Below, one piece after another: positions 56,669-64,000 of a DNA stretch of 64,000 bases (position 1 is the stretch's first letter; the number at the start of each line of letters is the position of its first letter). The position numbers were made by a program, and so were the translations under genes. The notes under the pieces are model-generated. The model was not told the origin of the DNA, did not search any database, and was given only the letters and a program-made list of their open reading frames with translations. The DNA lies in assembly GCA_025935195.1 (NCBI GenBank), contig JAICVS010000003.1, positions 124 to 64,123 of the forward strand, in the 5' to 3' direction. This DNA is from Ktedonobacterales bacterium. Lineage in GTDB: Bacteria; Chloroflexota; Ktedonobacteria; Ktedonobacterales; JADMIN01.

Positions 56669-58027
56669 TCAGGGTGCGGCATGCCAGAGGATGCGTTGGT
56701 CGTTGTTTTCGTCTGCGAGGCCGCTGAAGACGGCGGCCCAGGTGTGATCGGCCAACATCGGCTCAACGATGAGGCGCGACGGCAATCCCGAGCCCGCCGG
56801 GACATACTCAGTGGCAAGGTCGTCGAGGTTCATGTCGTTGCCGATCGGCAGGATCTGCATGACGGTGGAGTCTGCGCCGAGGTGCCAGACGCCATAGCCG
56901 AGCAGAGTCTGCGATTTGCCCGGCGAGACGATGCGATAGTGATACCCCTGATAGCAGTCACCGCCAGTGCTGATTTCCAGCCAGTACATCTCGCCCGAGG
57001 TGCTCGGCGCGTTGGGCGGGTTCATCCCGGTGCGCCAGGTACTTCCGCCATTCGCACTGCTGAGCAGGCTGACGTGGTCGGCTTGCCCAGCTATGTGTGC
57101 GGCGCAGAGGCGTTCGGGCGCATGTGGCGTCGTAGCGAGTAGCACATCGCGCAGCGGCTCAGTGCCCATTGGTCCGACAACATCCCAGTGGCGCGCATCG
57201 TCTCTGGAGTGTTCGAGCATTGGTGGCTGGCCGCTGTGTGAGAGCGCGCGATACCATGCATGCTCACCGCGGTAGTCGGGAAGCGGGTCGGTGTCAACCT
57301 GCCAGCCTTGCCGTTCCAGCCCGCTCAGCGCAGATTCGATAGTTGTCCATGTCGCGCCGTCGTCTATACTCATCGCGAACACTGAGGAACTTCCGTCGGG
57401 CGAATCGACAGTGCGGTCACCATAGAGCACGCCGTGACGGTAATAGGAGCCGATGTCGACGTGGGGCCAGTGGCCTGCCACAGCTGTGTTCGCAGTGACA
57501 CGGTGCCAGGTCGTGCCGGCGTCGTGGCTGACCCAGAGCGTTGCGGTCGATGCCGTCGTCGGCGGCGTGAGGCTAAACTTGGGCAGGATGCCGGCAAACA
57601 GCGTGCCATTGCCGCCGGGCGGAGCGGCGACCTCACAGTCATCGCCGTTCTCAAATGGTGGATGGAGGAGTTGCCAATGCGTGCCGCCGTCGTGCGTGAG
57701 CCAGAAGTGTAGATGCCCAATCAGCCAGGTGCTGGGGTCTGTGGGGGCGATGGTAAACGAAGAGCCGCAGGCCAGCATCAGGCCGGGCATATCCTCGCTG
57801 GAGGCGACTCCGTAAAGAACCGTCTTGCCGTGCGGCGTGATGTTGTGCCATCCTGCTGGGGCAAGCGCGGGATAGATGAGTGGCGAGAAAATCGGCGAGA
57901 ATGCGCCGAAGAACGTCAGGGCAGGGAGCAGCGCGAGAATAAGACGGACCCATCGGTTGCCCAAGAGGCGCCAGATACGGCGCACGAGCGACGGCTCCGC
58001 GAGTGCCGATGGGGCGTCCGCGACCAT
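56669..58027 (-). CDS. Membrane-anchored BNR/Asp-box beta-propeller protein (sialidase-like fold)
   Basis: N-terminal TM; five Asp boxes THDGGTHW, SHDAGTTW, SIDDGATW, SRDDARHW, SANGGSTW; GAGGAGG RBS. Confidence 0.8.
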   Translation of the reverse strand: MVADAPSALAEPSLVRRIWRLLGNRWVRLILALLPALTFFGAFSPIFSPLIYPALAPAGWHNITPHGKTVLYGVASSEDMPGLMLACGSSFTIAPTDPSTWLIGHLHFWLTHDGGTHWQLLHPPFENGDDCEVAAPPGGNGTLFAGILPKFSLTPPTTASTATLWVSHDAGTTWHRVTANTAVAGHWPHVDIGSYYRHGVLYGDRTVDSPDGSSSVFAMSIDDGATWTTIESALSGLERQGWQVDTDPLPDYRGEHAWYRALSHSGQPPMLEHSRDDARHWDVVGPMGTEPLRDVLLATTPHAPERLCAAHIAGQADHVSLLSSANGGSTWRTGMNPPNAPSTSGEMYWLEISTGGDCYQGYHYRIVSPGKSQTLLGYGVWHLGADSTVMQILPIGNDMNLDDLATEYVPAGSGLPSRLIVEPMLADHTWAAVFSGLADENNDQRILWHAAP

Positions 58028-58191
58028 GAAGGAGCGCTCCTCCTCACGAGAGTGAACCCATGCATGCCGATGATAACGTGGCGCTGTGGTGCACGTCAAT
58101 CGAGCTTGTACAGCACACTTTATGGCGACTCGTTGGCCAGATGGCAGAGGTGCGGAGTATACGAGTGGCATGTCGCCAGGCGAGTACCTGG

Positions 58192-58282
58192 GCCATGGCC
58201 TCCGGGAGGAGGCCATGGCTAATCCCACGGAGCACTTGACGCCTGAGGGCAACTGGCTTCGCCTTGGAATTCATGCCGGGAG
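58192..58282. repeat. REP-like family A variants
   Basis: GCCATGGCCTCC-GGGA-GGAGGCCATGGC-TAATCC and a degenerate GGAATTCATGCCGGGAG. Confidence 0.55.
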
Positions 58283-58506
58283 ATCGGCAAGCCGCAGTTC
58301 AGCTGACGCGGCGCGACTTGCCCCTGCCAGTACGGCTCGCGCAGGTCGCGCTTGAGAAGCTTGTGGTGTGACAGGCCGGCGCGCAAGCGGTAGCGGCCCC
58401 TCACCTCTCCTTCCCGCGCGTCGCTCGCCGGTGCTACACTGCCGGCATCGCCTATCATCACCCACCATTGTCCGTCAAGCGCATGTGAGCCAGGAGATAC
58501 AGCCTC

Positions 58507-59649
58507 ATGATTGATTTCACCCTCAGCGACGAGCAGCAGGCCATGCGAGAGCTGGCGCACACCTTCGCCGAGCAGGAGATTCGCCCCGTCGCCGCCGAGC
58601 TGGACGAGCGCGAGGAGTTCCCCTGGGAGCTGGTGAAGAAGGCGGGCGAGCTGGGGCTGACCACCTTCGCCTTCCCCGAGGAGATCGGCGGGCTGGGCAT
58701 CACCGACGAGCTGACCAACTGCATCATCACCGAGGAGCTGGCCTGGGGCTGCGGCGGCGTCGCCACCGTGCTCGGCGGCACGCACCTGGCGAGCATCCCC
58801 ATCCTGCTGGCGGGAACGGACGAGCAGAAGCGGCGGCTGCTCAAGCCCATCGTCGAGCGCAACGGCCTGTGCGCGATGGCGCTGACGGAGCCGGGCGCTG
58901 GCTCGGATGTGGCGGCGATGACCACCACGGCGCGGCGCGAGGGCGACAGCTACATCCTCAACGGCGCCAAGCGCTTCATCACCAACGGCGGTATCGCGGA
59001 CCTGTACGTCGTCTTCGCCACGGTGGACCGCGCGCTCGGCTATCGCGGCGTGACGGCGTTCATCGTGCCGGGCGAGACGCCGGGCCTGGCGGGCGGCAAG
59101 AAGGAGAAGAAGCTGGGCATCCGCTGCTCGCACACCGGCGAGGTGCTGCTAGACGACGTGCGCGTGCCGGTGGAGAACCGGCTGGGCGCGGAGGGCAGCG
59201 GCTTCAAACTGGCGATGACGATGCTGGATCGCTCGCGGCCGATGGTGGCGGCGATTGCGCTGGGCATCGCGCGGGCGGCGTACGAATACGCGCGCGACTA
59301 CGCGAAGGAGCGCGTGCAGTTCGGCCAGCCCATCGCGGCGAACCAGGGCATCCAGTTCATGCTGGCCGACATGGCGACCAAGGTGCAGGCGGCGCGGCTG
59401 ATGACGTGGTGGTCGGCGCGGGTGACGGAGACGGGGCGGCCGTTCCTGTACGAGAGTAGCATGGCGAAGAACTTCGCGTCGGATGTGGCGATGGAGGTGA
59501 CGACGGACGCCGTGCAGATCTTCGGCGGCTATGGCTACATCCGTGAATATCCAGTGGAAAAACTCTTCCGTGATGCCAAGATCACGCAGATTTACGAGGG
59601 CACGAACCAGATTCAGAAGATGGTGGTGGCGAGCCAGATATTGAAGTAG
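58507..59649 (+). CDS. Acyl-CoA dehydrogenase
   Basis: ALTEPGAGSD, LNGAKRFITNG, KLGIR, RVQFGQPI, GGYGYIREYPVEKLFRDAKITQIYEGTNQIQ. Confidence 0.96.
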   Translation: MIDFTLSDEQQAMRELAHTFAEQEIRPVAAELDEREEFPWELVKKAGELGLTTFAFPEEIGGLGITDELTNCIITEELAWGCGGVATVLGGTHLASIPILLAGTDEQKRRLLKPIVERNGLCAMALTEPGAGSDVAAMTTTARREGDSYILNGAKRFITNGGIADLYVVFATVDRALGYRGVTAFIVPGETPGLAGGKKEKKLGIRCSHTGEVLLDDVRVPVENRLGAEGSGFKLAMTMLDRSRPMVAAIALGIARAAYEYARDYAKERVQFGQPIAANQGIQFMLADMATKVQAARLMTWWSARVTETGRPFLYESSMAKNFASDVAMEVTTDAVQIFGGYGYIREYPVEKLFRDAKITQIYEGTNQIQKMVVASQILK

Positions 59650-59875
59650 CCGAGGAAGCGCCGCCGGAGGTACTATCCGCTTCACGTCCGGCGCGGCCAC
59701 ATCGTTTCAGCACATGGTAGACGGGCGGCTGGACGAGCGCCCGGCGCCACGTGACGCCCTGGACGGCGCATGCGGCCAGGTTTCGCGCGTATGCCCGATT
59801 GGCTCGGCATGGCGCGTGCGTAGTACCCATGCGCGGCGCACGCTGGCAGCCGGGAGCAAGTATCCAGCCGACATA

Positions 59876-59904
59876 TTGACGGCTGAGCCGCGGGGGCGTA
59901 CGCT
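59876..59904 (+). promoter_or_regulatory. Sigma70-type promoter
   Basis: TTGACG-17 bp-TACGCT. Confidence 0.5.
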
Positions 59905-59955
59905 GCCGGCCGTATCCGCGAACGAGCGAGTGACGAATTGGCGAGGAGTGAGATG

Positions 59956-60549
59956 ATGGCGGGCGGGGGCGGGAAGCAGCGCGAGCGGCGAGGGGCCGCA
60001 CGCCGTGAGGCGGCGACGGAGCGGGCGGCCGGGACGGCGGCGCGGGCGGATGTGTCCGTGGCCGTCGCGGCGGCTCCCGCACGGCGGCGCGCACCCGCGG
60101 CCCACGCTGGCAAGAACGCGCAGCGCATACCCCTTTCGGCGGTGGCTCCCTGCGCCGACTTCGATACGCTGCGCTCGCTCTCGCCCGCGGATGCGCGCAT
60201 GCATGTGGACGCCTACCTGCACGCGGTGATGCCGGCAGAGGAGGCGGACGCCTTCGAGGCGATGCGCTATCGCTGGGAGCTGCATTTGGTGGAACTGGAT
60301 CAGCTTTGCCTGCTGCGCAGTGTGGATCTCGCCTCGGCCAAACTGCGCCGCTACCGCGCGGCCGTGCGTCGCGGCGGCCACTTTCCGCCGCTGGTGGGCC
60401 TGGGCGGCGACGGCCGGCGTGTGACCGACGGCGTGCTGCTCTGCGACGGCTACCACCGTGCCATCGCCATGCGCGACGCCGGGGTGCATTACGTCTGGGT
60501 CTGGCTGGCCGCCGGCATGTGGGAAGCGAAGTCGCGGCGGAGCGCGTGA
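59956..60549 (+). CDS. Hypothetical protein with ParB/Srx-like motif
   Basis: FPPLV...LLCDGYHRAIA; GAGGAG RBS. Confidence 0.6.
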   Translation: MAGGGGKQRERRGAARREAATERAAGTAARADVSVAVAAAPARRRAPAAHAGKNAQRIPLSAVAPCADFDTLRSLSPADARMHVDAYLHAVMPAEEADAFEAMRYRWELHLVELDQLCLLRSVDLASAKLRRYRAAVRRGGHFPPLVGLGGDGRRVTDGVLLCDGYHRAIAMRDAGVHYVWVWLAAGMWEAKSRRSA

Positions 60550-60632
60550 CCTGCCGCGTTGCGAGGCACGGAGACGTCAACAGACGAGACAGGTTACCCG
60601 ACGGATGCCGGAGATGAGGGCAGGGGCGCCTG

Positions 60633-61190
60633 ATGGATGCAATTGACCAAGTGTGGCAGCGAATTGAAGCCGGCTTGCGCCTACATGCGTCTTCGACCGG
60701 GCCGCAACTCGCTCCCGGAGCCTCCGAGCGAGCGATTGAACAACTGGAAGGTGTGCTGGAGGTCACCCTGCCCGAGGACTTCCGAGCATCGTATCGCCTG
60801 CACGATGGGGGCTTTACGATGCAACTGGTCACCGACATGGAGATACTGCCACTCGAGGACATAGCCAAGACTTGGCGAATTCTGGAGGAGTTACCGCACG
60901 ACGATGAGTGGGCACGGCAGCCCCCCCACTATTTCACGGAGGAGGTCGTGCGCTCTGGCTGGAAGACTGGTCCTATCCAGCCCGTCTGGTGGCACCGCCG
61001 CTGGGTTCCCTTCGGCTCCGATAGCGCAGGCAATCTTACGTGTCTAGATCTGGCCCCGGCATTGGATGGTACGATGGGGCAGATCATTGATTGGGATCAT
61101 GAGTGTGGCCCTTCGCGTATGCTCTTCCCCGATTTTGGGCATTTCCTCGCCGCCTTGGCAGATCAGGTAGAGCGCGGCACCAACAAGTAG
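60633..61190 (+). CDS. SMI1/KNR4 (SUKH) family protein
   Basis: LAPGASE..I..LE..L.VTLPEDFRASYRLHDG, WVPF..D.AGN..CLDLAP...GTMGQII. Confidence 0.9.
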   Translation: MDAIDQVWQRIEAGLRLHASSTGPQLAPGASERAIEQLEGVLEVTLPEDFRASYRLHDGGFTMQLVTDMEILPLEDIAKTWRILEELPHDDEWARQPPHYFTEEVVRSGWKTGPIQPVWWHRRWVPFGSDSAGNLTCLDLAPALDGTMGQIIDWDHECGPSRMLFPDFGHFLAALADQVERGTNK

Positions 61191-61201
61191 GGAGCCAATA
61201 G

Positions 61202-61438
61202 ATGATAGATGAACTGAGCACTGTTGTGTTGACGACGAATCTGCCCTAGCATGATCTGCGCGCCCGCGACCTGGGTACAGTGGTGATGGTGCATCAAGGC
61301 GGCAAGGGATATACTGTCGAGTTCATGATACTGAGCGGCGAGACGATTGCCGTGGCGACGCTCTCTGCCGATCAGGTGCGGCCAACGCGCGCGAATGACA
61401 TCGCTCACGCGCGTGAGCTGGCAACGACAATACTCTAG
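61202..61438 (+). pseudogene. DUF4926-like protein interrupted by an in-frame TAG at codon 16
   Basis: Manual translation MIDELSTVVLTTNLP*HDLRARDLGTVVMVHQGGKGYTVEFMILSGETIAVATLSADQVRPTRANDIAHARELATTIL*; GGGAG RBS; absent from the ORF track. Confidence 0.8.
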
Positions 61439-61501
61439 CCTACACTGGCATGAGCCGCCATCCGAGCGGCCGATGCGCGGCAGGGCTATGTGTTTGTTCG
61501 G

Positions 61502-62593
61502 TTATTTGGCCGCGGCGGCTTTGCGCAGCGATTCGAGGTCGCGCACCATGTAGGCCAGCTCCTGAGCCAGCCGCGAGACCTCGTCTTGGTTGTTGAAATA
61601 GGTCATCTGCATGTCAATGCCCATCAGCGCGCCGAGCAGCAGCGCCTCGGGGACCGCCTCGCGCTCTAGGATGGAGAGCGGGCGCACGCGGCTGTAGGTG
61701 GCGATGCTGGCACGTAGCAGCGGCGGACGGCGGTCGCCCAGGCCCCAGGCGAAATCGAAGAGCGCCGTGTCACGATGCACCTTCTCGAAGTCGAGGATGC
61801 CGCTCACGGCCAGGCTCATGGCGTCGCCACGCCAGAGCACGTTGGCGGCGACGTAGTCGCCATGCACGATCAGCTTGGGCAGCGCGGGATAGAGATTCTC
61901 GAAATAGCGCGTCGCCAGCCGGTCGCGGATGTGCGCCAGCAGCTCCGGCGCGAGGTCGGGGTGCGGCTGCCAGCTCTCGAGGACGCGATCCACCGTCTCG
62001 ATGGTCCAGGCGCTCCAGGGGGCGAACTCCTCGCCCTCCGGCACGAAGCCTTCGATGCGGCGATGCAGCGTGGCGAGCATCTCCGCGGCCTTGGGCCGGC
62101 CCCACATCCACTCCTGCGGGCTGGCGATGTGGCCGTCGAGGGCGCGGTAGAGCGCCCAGCAGGTGCCGGCGGCCTGGGTGTAGCTCTGGCCGGAGCCGGC
62201 CTCAGGCACTACGCGCGGGACGGGCAGCGGGTCCGGGCCGGAGGCCAGGTGCGCCAACACGCTGTGCATGTGCTGGATCGCCGACGCGGGATACCAGGAG
62301 TAGAAACGGCGCAGGAAATAGCGCGCGTCGTCGCTGATGACCTCCCAGTAGTGGGCGCGGGGACGATCCGTCCCCGTGGTCGTGGGCTTGCCCGCCTGCG
62401 CATGCTTCAGGCCAAAGCGGGCCAGCACCTCCTCCACCGCGGCGGGGGCGTTCCACTCGTCGAGCGTGAGCACCTCGCCGGCCAGACCGCGCTCCTCCGC
62501 GCAGTCCTCGCAGCCGATCAGCTCGCCAGCGGGGTTGACGACGACCACCTCAAGCGGCCGCTGGCAGAAGGGACACAGGAGCGGCATGGACAT
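61502..62593 (-). CDS. APH/homoserine kinase type II-like phosphotransferase with N-terminal Zn ribbon
   Basis: CPFC...CEDC; LATLH; HGDYVAANV; ILDFE; AAGGAG RBS before the ATG at 62593. Confidence 0.85.
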   Translation of the reverse strand: MSMPLLCPFCQRPLEVVVVNPAGELIGCEDCAEERGLAGEVLTLDEWNAPAAVEEVLARFGLKHAQAGKPTTTGTDRPRAHYWEVISDDARYFLRRFYSWYPASAIQHMHSVLAHLASGPDPLPVPRVVPEAGSGQSYTQAAGTCWALYRALDGHIASPQEWMWGRPKAAEMLATLHRRIEGFVPEGEEFAPWSAWTIETVDRVLESWQPHPDLAPELLAHIRDRLATRYFENLYPALPKLIVHGDYVAANVLWRGDAMSLAVSGILDFEKVHRDTALFDFAWGLGDRRPPLLRASIATYSRVRPLSILEREAVPEALLLGALMGIDMQMTYFNNQDEVSRLAQELAYMVRDLESLRKAAAAK

Positions 62594-63011
62594 CGAGGTC
62601 TCCTTAGTGGAGCTTGCGCTTCCAATACTATGCACCTTGCACCTCAGTCGTTCTGGCTCGCCTTCCTGTTCACCATCAGTGTACCCAATGATGGCGCACA
62701 GGTGGTGGCAGTGCGGATGCCATAGCACAGGCGGGCTAAGATGAACGGGTAGGCAAGAAGCGTGCAAGTGGGAGGTCGAACGACGTCCTGTGTTGCCCCA
62801 CCATACCTGCAGCATACACCGTCGCCAGCAGCGGGCGCCGACAGCCCAAACCGGCCTGAAGCATAGCACATCCGTAACGGCTTTGCACAATCGTCGCGCC
62901 GTGACGGACGGCATACGCTTCCTTTGCATTCTACCATGAAGCACAAAGAACGCAACTGATAAATTGTTAAATACATCACAACTGAGACGGATGTGGGCGA
63001 GGGGAGCGCCG

Positions 63012-63030
63012 CCCGGCATCAATGCCGGGG
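63012..63030. repeat. REP-like palindrome family A
   Basis: CCCGGCATCAATGCCGGGG. Confidence 0.65.
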
Positions 63031-63144
63031 AGCCAACGCATGACACCGCCCCAACGCAAAGCGGTATCACGACCGACAGAAGGATGCGGAGCGCGTCGGA
63101 TGCGCCCTCCATCGTCGCCATTCAGTCCGCGTGACAACGCCCGC

Positions 63145-64000
63145 TCACTCGCCGGACGTCGCGACCGCTCGCGTCTTGCCATCTCCGCGCTTCGCGGATG
63201 CGGTTTTGCCGGTCTTGCTGGCCTTGCCATTGGCGCTCGCTTTGGTCCCCGCTTTGGTCCCCGCCGTGCGCCGCCCGTTCGCGCGCGCGGCCGTAGCGGC
63301 CGCCACTGGATGCGCGTGCGCCGCCAGCGTGCGCTTGATGCTCGCCAGCGCCTTCTCGATGTTCTCAATGGAGTTGGCGTAGGAGAGGCGGATGTAGCCC
63401 TCGCCGTAGGCGCCGAAGGCCGTGCCGGCGAGCGCGGCGACGCCGCCTTCGTAGAGCAGCAGGTCGGCCACCTCACGCGAGCTCATGCCGGTGGCGGTGA
63501 TGTTGGGGAAGACGTAGAAGGCACCGCGCGGCGTGCGGCAGGTGAGGCCGGGGATGTCGTTCAGGCCGGCCACGATCACGTCACGCCGCCGCCGGAACTC
63601 GGCCACCATCTCGTCACAGGGCGCCTGCGAGCCAGTGAGCGCGGCGACGCCGGCCATCTGTGTAAAGGTCGCCGTGCAGGAGTTGCTGTTGCTCATCAGC
63701 TTGGCGACGGCGGGCGCCAGCTCGCGCGGGAAGAGGCCGTAACCCAGGCGCCAGCCGGTCATGGCGTAGATCTTCGAGAAGCCATCCAGCACGATGGTGC
63801 GCTCGCGCATGCCTGGCAGCGCGGCGATGCTCGTATGCTCGCCTTCGTAGATCATGCGGCTGTAGATCTCGTCGGAGAGCACGATCAGGTCGGGATGCCG
63901 GCGCACCGTCTCGGCGAGCAGCTCCAGGTCGGCGCGCGAGAGCATGCCGCCGGTGGGGTTGTGCGGCGAGTTGAGGATGACCATGCGTGTGCGCGGGCCA
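63145..64000 (-). CDS. PLP-dependent aminotransferase class I/II (aspartate aminotransferase-like), 5' end outside the window
   Basis: NSPHNPTG, SDEIY, DGFSKIYAMTGWRLGY, GAFYVFP, GYIRLSYA. Confidence 0.95.
   Translation of the reverse strand, partial: GPRTRMVILNSPHNPTGGMLSRADLELLAETVRRHPDLIVLSDEIYSRMIYEGEHTSIAALPGMRERTIVLDGFSKIYAMTGWRLGYGLFPRELAPAVAKLMSNSNSCTATFTQMAGVAALTGSQAPCDEMVAEFRRRRDVIVAGLNDIPGLTCRTPRGAFYVFPNITATGMSSREVADLLLYEGGVAALAGTAFGAYGEGYIRLSYANSIENIEKALASIKRTLAAHAHPVAAATAARANGRRTAGTKAGTKASANGKASKTGKTASAKRGDGKTRAVATSGE

Noticed and set aside
61163-61408. 81-aa minus-strand ORF in the ORF track
   Set aside because: Antisense shadow of the DUF4926-like pseudogene
62594-63121. N-terminal extension of the 539-aa ORF, and a possible riboswitch (GCAAAGCC, hairpin TCCGTAACGGC/GCCGTGACGGA at ~62871-62908)
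   Set aside because: The extension has non-coding composition, contains a REP and precedes a good RBS at 62593; the hairpin lacks the other conserved elements of a c-di-GMP or other riboswitch I can recognise

Overview
High-GC (about 70% in spot counts) bacterial chromosomal window with about 50 mostly housekeeping and envelope genes. Gene content and style suggest Chloroflexota/Ktedonobacteria, which is an inference. Recognisable genes include glgP, an ECF sigma/anti-sigma pair with a histidine kinase, an FSA-type aldolase, two acyl-CoA dehydrogenases, grpE-dnaJ, an SGNH+MBOAT pair, nfi, a CopC/CopD fusion, an SSS permease, tRNA-Gln(CTG), an RNase D-HEAT fusion, pip and a partial aminotransferase. 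No CRISPR array, rRNA or intact transposase/integrase is seen. Most of the interest is intergenic or accessory. (1) Two dispersed copies (about 15.2-15.66 kb and 36.5-37.0 kb) of an unexplained cassette: a gap-free 150-bp core with inverted, helically phased GGCAA/TTGCC motifs, a 28-bp identical REP-like hairpin, its own minus-strand promoter and a possible small ORF. (2) A low-GC island (about 38.9-41.8 kb) encoding a helical protein, a WXG100-like protein and a Sll1717/FunZ-like P-loop ATPase. (3) A tnpB 3' remnant that keeps the IS200/IS605 right-end hairpin (omega-RNA region). (4) A multiply frameshifted IS982-like relic. (5) A ParB-like + SMI1/KNR4 + amber-interrupted DUF4926 module. (6) At least three families of short dispersed repeats. 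All family assignments come from motif recognition by eye, not from database searches.
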